Of a stretch of DNA of 64,000 nt, positions 10,625-20,768 are shown piece by piece. The notes below the pieces were generated by a model. It was not told the origin of the DNA. It worked only from the letters and a program-made list of their open reading frames with translations, and did no database searches. Where the stretch lies: the NCBI GenBank assembly GCA_031370785.1, contig JANMQY010000079.1:40675-104674 (forward strand), written 5' to 3'. Source of the DNA: Candidatus Eiseniibacteriota bacterium (GTDB lineage Bacteria > Eisenbacteria > RBG-16-71-46). Each line of letters begins with the position of its first letter. Positions within the stretch are counted from its first letter, which is position 1. The position numbers and the translations under genes are program-made.

Positions 10625-11748
10625 GTCTGGCCCGCGCCTCCACTCCCGCCCTCGCCGCGCTTGCGCTGCTGTCGCTCGTCGTCTATGCCGTCGCCGAGCG
10701 CTCGGTGACTCCCGTGCACGCCGAGGCTTATCGCATCAAGCTCGACGCCATGCGCGTGATGCAGCGGGCGGAGCATGCGGTGCTCGAGGCCAAGCGCGCC
10801 CGCGGCATCTCGATCGATGCGAAGAACGATCCGGTTCCCACCGGACTGATCGGCCCGCAATTCACTTTGATCACCACGGATCGCGGCGCACAGTCCGCCA
10901 AGAGTCTTGCCACGCATTCGAGTTTCGCGGCCGCCGCCGCGCAGATGATGCTGCAGGGCGGGGTTCGTCGGGGGGACCTGGTGGCGGTCGGCGTGACCGG
11001 GTCGCTTCCCGGGCTCAACGTCGCGGTGTTCTCGGCCTGTCGCGCAGTGGGCGCGGAGCCGGTCGTGATCACTTCGGCAGGAGCCTCGATGTTCGGCGCG
11101 ACCGATCCCGAGATGACCTGGCTCGACATGGAGTCGGCGATCGTCGCGCGCGGCCTGTGGCCGGACGGCTTCCGATCGATCGCTGCCTCGCTCGGTGGCG
11201 GCGGCGACGCCGGGCGCGGGCTGTCCCCGACCGGGCGCCAGCTGCTGCGCGATGCCATCGACCGCAATCATGTTCGATTCCTCGATCCACCCACCGTGTT
11301 CGAGGCGGTCCGCGAGCGCGTCGCTCTCTACGACTCGGTGGCCGCCGCCCGGGGCAGGCCGATCCGGATGTACGTCAACGTCGGAGGCGGCGTGGCGAGT
11401 CTCGGCGGCGCGCAGAATGGACGGTTGATCCCGGCCGGCCTCAGTCCGCGCCTCACCACTCGCAACTATCCGAATCGCGGCGTGATCAACGTTCTCGGCG
11501 AACGGCGCATTCCCGTGATTCATCTGCTGCAGGTGGAGAAGCTGGCACGCGAGTTCGAGATCACGGACGCCGCGGGCGAGCCGGTCAAGCCCGGCCGCGG
11601 GCTGCTGTTCGTGAAGTATCGCTACAACCTCGCGATCGTGGCAGGGGCGGCGGTGCTGGTCCTCTTCGCCAACCTGTTCGTGCTGCGTCACGACATTCGC
11701 CAGAAGCTGCTCGGCCAGCCCCATCCGGAAAGGATTCCGCTCGCATGA
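10621..11748 (+). CDS. Poly-gamma-glutamate system protein (PgsW-like)
   Basis: DPxxTGLIGxxFTxITTDxG, TGSLPGLN, GASMFGATDP, SLGGGGD, YVNVGGG motifs, with N- and C-terminal TM segments. ATGA overlap with capC. Confidence 0.8.
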   Translation: MSLARASTPALAALALLSLVVYAVAERSVTPVHAEAYRIKLDAMRVMQRAEHAVLEAKRARGISIDAKNDPVPTGLIGPQFTLITTDRGAQSAKSLATHSSFAAAAAQMMLQGGVRRGDLVAVGVTGSLPGLNVAVFSACRAVGAEPVVITSAGASMFGATDPEMTWLDMESAIVARGLWPDGFRSIAASLGGGGDAGRGLSPTGRQLLRDAIDRNHVRFLDPPTVFEAVRERVALYDSVAAARGRPIRMYVNVGGGVASLGGAQNGRLIPAGLSPRLTTRNYPNRGVINVLGERRIPVIHLLQVEKLAREFEITDAAGEPVKPGRGLLFVKYRYNLAIVAGAAVLVLFANLFVLRHDIRQKLLGQPHPERIPLA

Positions 11749-12656
11749 AGGCGTCGTACCTGTTCCTGCTCGTGTTGTTGCTCGCATCAGCTCCCGACCC
11801 GCGCTCTCCAGGCGTGCAGGCCGCGGGCTGGGTCACCATCGAGAAGCTGACGGACGCGAAACCGGTTCACGTGCTGGTGCGCGGCCAGGACCGGGTCTAC
11901 TTCCGGATCACGCCCCAGAGGCCGCTCAACGTCGCAATCGATGGGCCGGTCCGCGTGCGCGTCGTGACCCGGGTCGAGCTGCGCGGCGCCGGGGACACGA
12001 TCGCGACCTACAAGGTCCGCGCGGTCGAGAACGGTCGCGAGCTCGAGATTCTCGACACCGAGAGCTCCGCCGCTTCCGAGACCCGGCTGGCCGACGGCCC
12101 GGGTGTGCTCGGCAAGAGCCGGCGCATGACGTTCGATGTGCCGGCCGGCCGCCATCGCATCCAGCTCGCGCTCGAAGGCACCGCGTCCGCGCTGGTCAGG
12201 CTGCAGCTCTCCCGTGAAAAGATCGGAGACGAGGCCATGGTCTCGCTCACCCCGACCGAAGCGCCGCGCAGCGTCTCGGTGATCGAGGGCGAGAAGACCG
12301 TGCCGTACTACAGCGTGCTCCCCGGCCAGCCGGTGCGGCTTCGCGTGATCGGACCGACGACGCTCGAGCTCATGACCCGCCTCGATTTCGACGCCACCAT
12401 GCGCGGGACACAGACCTATCGAGTGCGGGTGACGGGGCGTGGAAAGGTGCTTCGTGAAGCGGAGTTCAAGACGACGAAGGCCACGACTGCCACTTACGCC
12501 AATCTGCCGGATCGCGTGCCTTCGAAATTCGACCGCGTGGTCGTTCGTCTGGGAGGGGGCGTGCATGAGCTCGCCATCGAGCTGCTCTCGCCCGTTCGCG
12601 GGTCGGCCGAGATCCGCGCGCGCATCCCGCAACCATCCGTTGGCAACGAGGAATGA
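11745..12656 (+). CDS. Secreted hypothetical protein with two homologous beta-rich domains
   Basis: Signal peptide. Internal duplication (YFRITPQRPLNVAIDGPVRVRVVTR...TYKVR...VPAGRH vs YYSVLPGQPVRLRVIGPTTLELMTR...TYRVR...LGGGVH). ATGA overlaps at both ends. Confidence 0.75.
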   Translation: MKASYLFLLVLLLASAPDPRSPGVQAAGWVTIEKLTDAKPVHVLVRGQDRVYFRITPQRPLNVAIDGPVRVRVVTRVELRGAGDTIATYKVRAVENGRELEILDTESSAASETRLADGPGVLGKSRRMTFDVPAGRHRIQLALEGTASALVRLQLSREKIGDEAMVSLTPTEAPRSVSVIEGEKTVPYYSVLPGQPVRLRVIGPTTLELMTRLDFDATMRGTQTYRVRVTGRGKVLREAEFKTTKATTATYANLPDRVPSKFDRVVVRLGGGVHELAIELLSPVRGSAEIRARIPQPSVGNEE

Positions 12657-13807
12657 TGGGAAACCCAGAGGTGCGCCGAAACCGCCGTCTCAGGACCGCA
12701 GCCACCGCCGTTCTCGCCGCACTCACGCTCGGCACGGCCGACGCCGGAGCGGCGCAGAGAGTGAATCTCACACTCGGGCTCGGAGCGATCTACGACACGA
12801 ACCTGCTGAAGTACTCGGCCGACCAGCGCACCCTTTTCGAGAGCGGCACTCGGCCCGACCGGTTCTCGATCCATTCGCTGGATGACCTGACGTGGAATCC
12901 GTTCGTCGCGCTCGCCTGGGATGCCGACGCGGGGCGCGGCCGCCACCACATCCTGCGCCTTAAGAGTGAGGGGGAGTTCCACGATCGCAACCCCACCGCG
13001 GACTTCCACTCGATCAGTGCCGGCTGGCGCGAGACCTGGCGCGGCGGGCGCAGATTCTCGGTGGGATATTACGGACTGCCGCACTACTATCTGCGGCAGC
13101 TCGTCGACGAAGACTACGTGACGCCGTTTCCCGGGCTGGCGCTCCATCGTCGCGCGCAATTCGATCTGCAGATCGCCTCCACGTCGTGGGGCCAGCGCAT
13201 CGCCCGGAATACCGACACCGAGCTCGCATACCAGTTCGAAAACCGGCGCTACGTGCCGGACTTTCGCGAGCGAGACTCGAAAACCCACCAGGGCGAGCTG
13301 ACCTTCGGTTTCACGGGGCTGCCGGATCGCGGCTCGATCGATGTTTCGGGAGGGTGGCGGGTGAGCAACGCGAAGGGCGTGGATGGTGACGAAGTTGCGG
13401 GCGCCCCTCCCGACGATCAGGACCTGACCTATCACGGTCCGATCGCATCGGTGCGCGGTCGTGCCGAGCTCGGGCGAACCGCGCGCTGGCGGGTGATCGG
13501 CGATGCCGGCTACCAGTTCGGGAGCCGCACGTACGATTCGAAGGTGCCTGCCGATCGCTTCCACTTCGGGCGCCGCGATGCGCTCAATGCGGTCGAGTTC
13601 GGGCTGCGCGCCCAGTTTCGCCCTCACCTGAGCGCCCGCGGATTCTTCCGTCACGAGTCCAACAACGCACACCACGGTGCCAACGTGGCGTCCACGACCG
13701 ACCTGGGAAGCTACTCGCAGAATCAGGTCGGCCTGGTCGTGGACTGGTCGGGCGCAATCTGGCGGAGTCAGCGCGCCACGGCCGCCGAGCCGGACACGAC
13801 GAATTGA
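12653..13807 (+). CDS. Putative outer-membrane beta-barrel protein
   Basis: Signal peptide. First strand LGLGAIYDTNL (YDxN pattern seen in polysaccharide-export-type barrels). Many alternating aromatic strands; final strand YSQNQVGLVVDW. Confidence 0.7.
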   Translation: MMGNPEVRRNRRLRTAATAVLAALTLGTADAGAAQRVNLTLGLGAIYDTNLLKYSADQRTLFESGTRPDRFSIHSLDDLTWNPFVALAWDADAGRGRHHILRLKSEGEFHDRNPTADFHSISAGWRETWRGGRRFSVGYYGLPHYYLRQLVDEDYVTPFPGLALHRRAQFDLQIASTSWGQRIARNTDTELAYQFENRRYVPDFRERDSKTHQGELTFGFTGLPDRGSIDVSGGWRVSNAKGVDGDEVAGAPPDDQDLTYHGPIASVRGRAELGRTARWRVIGDAGYQFGSRTYDSKVPADRFHFGRRDALNAVEFGLRAQFRPHLSARGFFRHESNNAHHGANVASTTDLGSYSQNQVGLVVDWSGAIWRSQRATAAEPDTTN

Positions 13808-14493
13808 TGCCTGCTCCTCGCCTCCGCCCGGGTCTGTTGCCGACATTGATCGCGGCCGCAGGGATCGCCCTGTTCGTAACGGGCTGCCATACCGCGCGCA
13901 TCCTCGGGCCGCCGCCGCCGTTGCGCGCCGCGTCGGCGTCCAGCTATGCGGTGGATGTGGAGTTTGCGGAGCCGCTCGATCGCGCGAGCGCCGAAGACCC
14001 ATCGCACTATGCGCTGGTCGCCGTCTCCGGTGGCGCCGCCGCGGTCATCCAGAGCGCGACCCTGGTGGACACGCTCTACGGCCGAGTCGTACAGCTCCTG
14101 ATCCCGGACTGGCTCACCACCAATCCCGATACCACGGAGTTCGACCTCACCACGAGCGGCGTGATCGCGCTGGACGGGAGATCGACCGGCTCACGCACGG
14201 TGCGCTTCGCTACCGGGCTCTCCTATCGCGCGCCGGTGCGCGCGCTGCTGGGCGCGCATTGCAGCTCGTGTCACGGGGCTTCACGCGCCGACGGAAGCTA
14301 TCGCACCGACAGCGAGGCGGAGCTGGTGGGCGGCGGCAGAAATGCGACGCCCAATCTCATCGCCGGCGATCCCAACAGCCTGCTGCTGGTGAAGTGCCGG
14401 CCGGGCAACTCGATGTTCAATCGTGGCAACCTCTCCTTCCTCGACTTCGAGATCCTTCTCAACTGGGTCGTGAGTTACTCGGCGCGTTCGTAG
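13807..14493 (+). CDS. Lipoprotein with Ig-like domain and c-type cytochrome domain
   Basis: Lipobox-like LFVTG-C. VDVEFAEPLD...DPSHY Ig-like segment. CSSCHG haem motif followed by LIAGDPNSLL and M (planctomycete cytochrome c-like). TGATG overlap. Confidence 0.75.
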   Translation: MPAPRLRPGLLPTLIAAAGIALFVTGCHTARILGPPPPLRAASASSYAVDVEFAEPLDRASAEDPSHYALVAVSGGAAAVIQSATLVDTLYGRVVQLLIPDWLTTNPDTTEFDLTTSGVIALDGRSTGSRTVRFATGLSYRAPVRALLGAHCSSCHGASRADGSYRTDSEAELVGGGRNATPNLIAGDPNSLLLVKCRPGNSMFNRGNLSFLDFEILLNWVVSYSARS

Positions 14494-14596
14494 CGCTTCT
14501 GCGCCGCCGTACCCACTTGTGGCCGCTTCGCGCCCGCCGTTAGACTGCCGCCGCTAAGGCCGCAGGCCCTGTCGTCACGTCCATTCCGGAGGTCTC

Positions 14597-15997
14597 ATGC
14601 TCACCGCATCCCGCGTGGCGCCGATCATCGTGCTCGCGCTCGCGGGCGCGCTGCTCTCGGCTCCGGATGCCGTGGCGAAGAAGCGCCCCGCGCCCCGTCC
14701 GGCCGCCCCGGTGACGGCATCCTCGGCGCTCGCGCTCCGCGTGCAGCGCGTCACGCTCGGCAACGGACTCACTGTGCTGCTTCACGAGGACCACAGCGTG
14801 CCGACGGTCGCGTTCTGGCAGTGGTATCGCGTCGGCTCGCGCAACGAGCGGCCGGGCATCACCGGGATCTCGCACTTCTTCGAACACATGATGTTCAACG
14901 GATCGAAGAACGTCCCGCCCAAGGAGTACGACCGGATCCTCGAATCGAACGGCGGCTACTCGGACGCGTTCACCGACTACGACATGACCGCGTACTTCGA
15001 GGAGATCGCATCGGACCGGCTGGGAGTCGTGCTGCGCCTCGACTCCGACCGCATGGCGGCGCTCTCGCTCCTGCCCGAGCAGCTCAAGAGCGAGATCGAC
15101 GTGGTGAAGGAGGAGCGGCGGTTCCGCGTGGACGACGACATCCGGGGCATGCTCGACGAGCCGCTGTGGGCGACCGCGTTCGAGGCCTCGCCCTATCACT
15201 GGCCGGTGATCGGCTGGATGGGCGACCTCAACCGGATCACGCGCGAAGACATGGTCGAGTACTTCCGGATTCACTACGCGCCGGACAACTGCATTCTCGC
15301 GCTGGTCGGGGATTTCGATTCGAAGGCCGCGCTCGACAGCATTCGGACGTACTTTGGCTCGATTCCGCGCCAGCCGGCGCCGCCCGAGCCGGTGGACTCG
15401 GAGCCCGAGCAGAGAGGCGCTCGCCACCTCGAGGTGCACTATCCGGCGCAGAACGTCACGTTCCTCGCGGGTTACAAGGCGCCGGCCGCGAAGAGCGCCG
15501 ATGCGCCGGTGCTCGATTTACTGCGCTCGATTCTCGGCGACGGCGAGTCGTCCCGGCTGCACCAGGCGCTGGTGTACGAGGGGCAGATGGCGATCGAGGC
15601 CTCCTGCGCGTACCAGGCCCGCATTGCTCCTGGCCTCATGGAATTCACCGTCGAGCTGAAGCCGGGCCGCAGCGCACAGGAAGGGTTGAAGGCGCTCGAC
15701 TCGGTGTTGACGCACCTGTCGGACCAGGGCCCGAGCGAGCGCGAGCTCCAGAAGGCGCGCAATCAGCTCGAGGCGGCGGTGGTGCGCTCGCTCAAGACCA
15801 ACAACGGCGTGGGCCAGCAGCTCGGCTACTTCGAGCACGTGTTCGGGGACTACCGCACACTGTTCCAGACCGTGGAGCGCTATCGCACGGTCAGCGCGGA
15901 GGACTGCCGGCGCGTGGCGAAGCAGGTATTCGATGCGAAGCGGCGCACGGTGGCGGTGCTCGTGCCCGACAAGGGCGCCGAGGATGCCGCACCATGA
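14597..15997 (+). CDS. M16 (pitrilysin-family) zinc peptidase, catalytic subunit
   Basis: Signal peptide; VGSRNERPGITGISHFFEHMMF with HxxEH motif; EER. Confidence 0.92.
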   Translation: MLTASRVAPIIVLALAGALLSAPDAVAKKRPAPRPAAPVTASSALALRVQRVTLGNGLTVLLHEDHSVPTVAFWQWYRVGSRNERPGITGISHFFEHMMFNGSKNVPPKEYDRILESNGGYSDAFTDYDMTAYFEEIASDRLGVVLRLDSDRMAALSLLPEQLKSEIDVVKEERRFRVDDDIRGMLDEPLWATAFEASPYHWPVIGWMGDLNRITREDMVEYFRIHYAPDNCILALVGDFDSKAALDSIRTYFGSIPRQPAPPEPVDSEPEQRGARHLEVHYPAQNVTFLAGYKAPAAKSADAPVLDLLRSILGDGESSRLHQALVYEGQMAIEASCAYQARIAPGLMEFTVELKPGRSAQEGLKALDSVLTHLSDQGPSERELQKARNQLEAAVVRSLKTNNGVGQQLGYFEHVFGDYRTLFQTVERYRTVSAEDCRRVAKQVFDAKRRTVAVLVPDKGAEDAAP

Positions 15998-17376
15998 GCG
16001 CGCGCCGGATCGGAATCGCGTTGCTGGCGGCGGGTCTGGTTCACTTCGCCCCGCCGGCGAGCGCGGCGGCGGTCGCGTTGCCGCCGGCCGTGCGCGTCAC
16101 GCTCAAGAACGGGCTGGTCGTGATCGTCAGCCCCACCCACCGCCTGCCGCTGGTCGACTTTCGGCTGGTGGCCCGCGCCGGATCGAGCAGCGATCCCACG
16201 GGCAAGGAAGGCGTCGCCGGGCTCACCGCGGATCTTCTGACCCAGGGCGCTGGAGCGCGCGGCGCTCGCCAGCTCGCCGAGGACATCGCGTTCATCGGAG
16301 GCACGCTCGAGGCGGGCGCGCTCGCCGAGCAGCTCGTGGTCACCTGCGAAGTGCTGAAGAAGGACATGGCGACCGGGCTCGAGCTGCTCCACGACGTGCT
16401 GGTCGCGCCCGCGTTTCCCGCCGAGGAGTTCGCGCGCAAGAAGGACGAGGCGCTGAGCGCGATCGTGGCCGCGCGGGATGATCCTTCGTCGGTGGCCGAT
16501 CGCGCACTGCTTCCCTTCCTGCTTGGCACGGGCCCGCTCGCGCATCCGGTCTCGGGCTGGGAGAAATCGGTCGGCTCGCTCACTCGCGACGACGTCACCG
16601 CGTTCCACCGCCGGTTCTTGACGCCCGACAACGCGATCCTCGCCGTGGTCGGGGACGTGGATCCGCAGGCGATGATCGCCCTGCTCCAGCGCACCTTCGC
16701 CGACTGGAAGCCGAGCGGCCAGAAGCGGACCCTGGCCGCCGACATGCCGGCGCGCGCCGCAGGGGTGCAGCTGCGCATCGTGAGCAAGCCCGAGGTGACC
16801 CAGACCCAGATCCGGCTCGCCACGCTCGGCGTCGCGCGCAATCATCCGGACTATTTCCCGATCCAGGTCGCGAACACGATTCTCGGCGCCGGATTCACTT
16901 CGCGGCTGGTCAACGAGATCAGAGTCGTGCAGGGACTGAGCTACAGCATCTCGAGCGGCTTCACCATGTATCGCAACGCCGGCACGTTCGAGGTGAACAC
17001 GTTCACCAAGAACGAGACCCTGCGCAAGACCATCGACGAGACCCTGCGCGTGATGCGCCAGTTCATCTCGCAGGGCCCCAGCGATGAGGAAGTGGCAAAG
17101 GCGAAGCGCTACCTGACCGGGCTCTACCCGCTCGGGCTGCAGGCGCCCGACGATCTCGCGGCCGCGCTGGTCAACGTCGAGTTCTACGGGCTCGATCCGC
17201 AGTACATCGCGAACTACGACGCGAGAGTCAACGCGGTCACCCCGGACGACGTTCGCCGCGCGCTGCGCTCGTACTTCGACGTGGACAATCTCAGGATCCT
17301 CGTGGTCTCCGACCCGGCGACGGCGAAGGGCGCGCTCGAAGGGCTCGGACCCATCGAGGTGACCGCGATCCCGTGA
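15994..17376 (+). CDS. M16 peptidase non-catalytic partner subunit
   Basis: Signal peptide, LKNGL, no HxxEH, SRLxxEIRxxxGLSY (R/Y pair). ATGA overlap with the catalytic subunit. Confidence 0.9.
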   Translation: MSARRIGIALLAAGLVHFAPPASAAAVALPPAVRVTLKNGLVVIVSPTHRLPLVDFRLVARAGSSSDPTGKEGVAGLTADLLTQGAGARGARQLAEDIAFIGGTLEAGALAEQLVVTCEVLKKDMATGLELLHDVLVAPAFPAEEFARKKDEALSAIVAARDDPSSVADRALLPFLLGTGPLAHPVSGWEKSVGSLTRDDVTAFHRRFLTPDNAILAVVGDVDPQAMIALLQRTFADWKPSGQKRTLAADMPARAAGVQLRIVSKPEVTQTQIRLATLGVARNHPDYFPIQVANTILGAGFTSRLVNEIRVVQGLSYSISSGFTMYRNAGTFEVNTFTKNETLRKTIDETLRVMRQFISQGPSDEEVAKAKRYLTGLYPLGLQAPDDLAAALVNVEFYGLDPQYIANYDARVNAVTPDDVRRALRSYFDVDNLRILVVSDPATAKGALEGLGPIEVTAIP

Positions 17377-18626
17377 GCGAAGCGCCCGCTTCGGACGGGT
17401 CCGGCGGGCCATCCGCGAATCCCGCGCGCGCGAAGGGCCGCGGCCCAGCGGGAGTCACCCGCAACGTCGTCGCGCTGGGTATGGTTTCCTTGCTCACCGA
17501 CGTCTCGACCGAGATGATCCTGCCGGTGCTGCCGCTGTTTGTGACCGGTGTGCTGCATGCGTCGGTCACCAGCGTCGGTGTGATCGAGGGCGTGGCCGAG
17601 TGCACCGCCGCGATGCTGCGCCTCGCCTCGGGGTGGCTCTCCGACCGGATCGGCCGGCGCAAGCCATTCCTGATGTTCGGCTACGGAATCTCGACCGTGG
17701 CCAAGGGCGCGATGGCGCTGGCCGCTTCCTGGCCCGCGATCCTCGCCCTGCGCTTCGCCGATCGCGTCGGCAAGGGCCTGCGCAATCCGCCGCGCGACGC
17801 GTTGATCGCCGACTCGGTCGAGCCGCAGTATCTCGGGCGCGCGTTCGGACTCCACCGCGCCATGGACACGCTCGGCGCCGCGCTCGGGCCGCTGGTCGCC
17901 TTTGCGATGCTGCAGCGGAACCCGACTGGATTCCGCGACATCTTCGGCTTGAGTGCGGTGCCCGCGCTGCTCTCGATCGTCGTGCTCGGCATCTTCGTGC
18001 GCGCGCCGCGCCACGTCGCACGCCGCAGTACGGGCGGGTTCCGGGGCGAGGTCAAGGCGCTGGGCGCGCCATTCATGCGCTTCCTCGCGGTGGATGCGGT
18101 CTTTCAGCTCGGCAACAGCAGCATGGCCTTCGTGCTGCTGCGCTCGCGCGACGTGGGCCTCAACGCCGGCCAGGTGGTGCTCGGCTACCTCGGCTACAAC
18201 CTGGTCTATGCGCTGCTGTCGTGGCCGCTGGGCGCGCTCTCGGATCGCATCGGCCGGCGTCCGCTGCTGCTCGCCTCCTATGCGCTCTATGCAGGCGCAT
18301 ACGCGCTGCTCGCCTTTGGTCTGACCCGCTGGGCAGCGCTCGGCGCGCTCGCGCTGCTCGGGGTGCAGAGCGCGCTCATGGAGGGGCAGGCGCGCAGCCT
18401 GATCGCCGACTTCGTGCCGGAAGATCGGCGCGCGACGGCGTACGGCGTTTATTACACCGTGGTCGGGGCAGCCCTGCTGCCGGCGAGCGTGCTGGCCGGA
18501 GTGCTGTGGGATCGGGTCGGCGCCGCGGCGACGTTCGGGGTCGATGCCGCGCTGGCCGCTGTGGCGGCGCTCCTCTTCCTGACCGTGCTGCCCTCGCGTC
18601 ACGAGCTGCGAGACCGCCATGGTTAA
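17373..18626 (+). CDS. MFS transporter
   Basis: About 12 hydrophobic segments; two [10 protein letters not shown] motif A copies; [20 protein letters not shown]. Confidence 0.92.
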   Translation: MSEAPASDGSGGPSANPARAKGRGPAGVTRNVVALGMVSLLTDVSTEMILPVLPLFVTGVLHASVTSVGVIEGVAECTAAMLRLASGWLSDRIGRRKPFLMFGYGISTVAKGAMALAASWPAILALRFADRVGKGLRNPPRDALIADSVEPQYLGRAFGLHRAMDTLGAALGPLVAFAMLQRNPTGFRDIFGLSAVPALLSIVVLGIFVRAPRHVARRSTGGFRGEVKALGAPFMRFLAVDAVFQLGNSSMAFVLLRSRDVGLNAGQVVLGYLGYNLVYALLSWPLGALSDRIGRRPLLLASYALYAGAYALLAFGLTRWAALGALALLGVQSALMEGQARSLIADFVPEDRRATAYGVYYTVVGAALLPASVLAGVLWDRVGAAATFGVDAALAAVAALLFLTVLPSRHELRDRHG

Positions 18627-19770
18627 GCAGCGCGAACGCATGGGCGAGCGCGAGCGCATCCGCCGCGTGACGGAACGGCTGACGCAGGGCGAGGGCGTGG
18701 TGCTGGGTCCGGGCGATGACGCCGCGCTGCTGCGCGCCCGGGCCGGCCGCGACCTTGCGGTGACCGTCGATGCGTTCGAAGAGGGACGCCACTGGCGCGC
18801 AGGCTGGATCGAGCCCGCATCGCTCGGCGCGCGCTTCGCCGCCGCAAACCTGAGCGATCTGGCGGCGATGGGCGCGGCTCCACGCTGGGCGCTGCTCTCG
18901 GTCGGGGCCAGGCCTAAGGGCGATGCGAAGCGGTGGGAGGAGATCGAGCGCGGGCTCGCGGACCTGCTCATGAGGCACGGCGCCTCGCTGGTGGGCGGCA
19001 ATCTTTCTGCGACCACCGGGCCCGAGTGGATGAGCCTCACGTTGATCGGCGAGGTCGAGCGCGGCAAGGCGTGGACCCGGGCCGCAGCGCGCCCCGGCGA
19101 TCTGATCGCGGTGACCGGGCATCCGGGCCGCGCCGGGGCTGCGCTGCGGTTGCTCGCCGCAGGCGGTACGCGGGTGCGTGAGCGCGCGTGGCGTCCGCTG
19201 CTCGAGGCGTGGGCCGCGCCCGAGCCGCGCGTCGCGTTCGCGCTGCGCCTGGCCGCGACCGATGCGGTGAGCGCGGCGATCGATATTTCGGATGGATTCG
19301 CGGGCGACCTCTCGCGCCTTTGCGAAGCGAGCGGGGTCGGCGCCGAGATCGACGCATGGCCGGCCGATCGGCTGCTGGCGCGTGCGGCGCGCGCGCTGGG
19401 CCTGAGCGCCGAGGCATTGCGCTTCGGGCCGAGCGATGACTACGAGCTGCTGCTCGCGGTCGAGAGCGCGCGTCGCGCGGAGTGCGAGAGTCTGGCGCAC
19501 GAGATGAAGGTGCCGCTCGAGTTCGTGGGGCACCTGACCGATGCGCCGGGCATGATCCAGCGGGTGGATGGCAGAGGTAGGCGGAGTGCGCTCGAGTCAG
19601 GGGGCTACGATCACTTCGCGACGTCGACAGGAGCGCCGCAAAAGCCGCGTCGCGCTACCGTACGGGGGTCACGCTCCGGTCCCGTCGCGCGCCGCGCAGC
19701 GACCAAGCGCAGCGGCGTGCGACGCCGAGCCTCGAGCGGCCGCGCACGCCGCAGGCGGCCTCAGCGGTAG
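18619..19770 (+). CDS. thiL: Thiamine-monophosphate kinase
   Basis: [36 protein letters not shown]; extra Arg-rich tail. Confidence 0.92.
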   Translation: MVKQRERMGERERIRRVTERLTQGEGVVLGPGDDAALLRARAGRDLAVTVDAFEEGRHWRAGWIEPASLGARFAAANLSDLAAMGAAPRWALLSVGARPKGDAKRWEEIERGLADLLMRHGASLVGGNLSATTGPEWMSLTLIGEVERGKAWTRAAARPGDLIAVTGHPGRAGAALRLLAAGGTRVRERAWRPLLEAWAAPEPRVAFALRLAATDAVSAAIDISDGFAGDLSRLCEASGVGAEIDAWPADRLLARAARALGLSAEALRFGPSDDYELLLAVESARRAECESLAHEMKVPLEFVGHLTDAPGMIQRVDGRGRRSALESGGYDHFATSTGAPQKPRRATVRGSRSGPVARRAATKRSGVRRRASSGRARRRRPQR

Positions 19771-20705
19771 AGGGCCTTGAGCCTTCCCCAGGTGCTGGTG
19801 TGCACCGGCGTCGCGCAGTTGTCGGCGGCGCCCGAGAAGTTCGGAGTCGGGTTGTCGAACCAGCGGTTCACATCGTGCACCGAGGCGCTGCCACAGAACT
19901 CGATCGAGTTCCCGACCGCAACCACCGGCACCGACTGTCCGGCCCCCCAGTATCCCGCACTCATCGCGGTCGCTTCGTTCGCGCCGCCGCCCGCGCCCCA
20001 CTCGACGTAGTCGACCATCTGATCGGCCGAGGCGAGGCCGCCGGTCGCGGTAAGCGCCGGCACGTAGAGCGCGAGCGCGCCGGATGGGTCGGGCAGGTTG
20101 CCAACCGCGCTCACGAAGAAGTCGGTCGCGGTGTTGATGCCGGTCTCATTGGTGTGAATGGTCATGGTCGCGCCGGGACCGAGCGCCACGTTGCTGAACG
20201 GAATCACCGTGGCCGCGCCCGCTCCGATGCTCAGCCGGTAACGCCCGAGGTCGCCGGCCGCGGTGCCCATGTTGGTGATCTCGATGAGATCGTGCCCGGC
20301 CGCCTCGTTGTACTGCACTTCGGTGATGCGGAAGTCCGAAACATCGATCGCCGAGCCGTTCACGATCACGCGGCCGGCCATCAGCGGCGCGTGCGGGGTG
20401 CAGTAGTAGAGAAAGGTGCCGGTGCCGGTCACGCGCCACATGAAACCCGCGCCGCTGCCCACAAATCCGCTATCCCACCGCCCGTCGGGCGTGACGGTCA
20501 AGCTGTCCCCGGAGGTTGTCGTGTGGCTGCTCGTTGCCGCTACCCATACAATCTTGTCCCCAACGTTGGCGTTGATCGCCCTGGGGACGAAGCCCGTAAC
20601 GTTGGATACGATTGTGACGCGAACCTGACCGGCGTCCGCAACGGCGGCAAATCCGAGTGTGATCGCCGCGATGGTGATCCCGACAGAAAAGTAGCGAAGC
20701 GACAT
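19761..20705 (-). CDS. Secreted cupredoxin + lamin-tail-domain protein with C-terminal TWGxxKxxYR motif
   Basis: Signal peptide. His (SHTTT) and [10 protein letters not shown] type-1 copper ligands. ITEVQY...IEITN...DLGRYRL lamin-tail pattern. Ends [10 protein letters not shown]. Confidence 0.8.
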   Translation of the reverse strand: MSLRYFSVGITIAAITLGFAAVADAGQVRVTIVSNVTGFVPRAINANVGDKIVWVAATSSHTTTSGDSLTVTPDGRWDSGFVGSGAGFMWRVTGTGTFLYYCTPHAPLMAGRVIVNGSAIDVSDFRITEVQYNEAAGHDLIEITNMGTAAGDLGRYRLSIGAGAATVIPFSNVALGPGATMTIHTNETGINTATDFFVSAVGNLPDPSGALALYVPALTATGGLASADQMVDYVEWGAGGGANEATAMSAGYWGAGQSVPVVAVGNSIEFCGSASVHDVNRWFDNPTPNFSGAADNCATPVHTSTWGRLKALYR

Positions 20706-20768
20706 GCATCCCCCCGTGAACGCGGCCTGCGTTTCGGTAACGCCTGCTCATTCCATCCGTGGTGTTGG

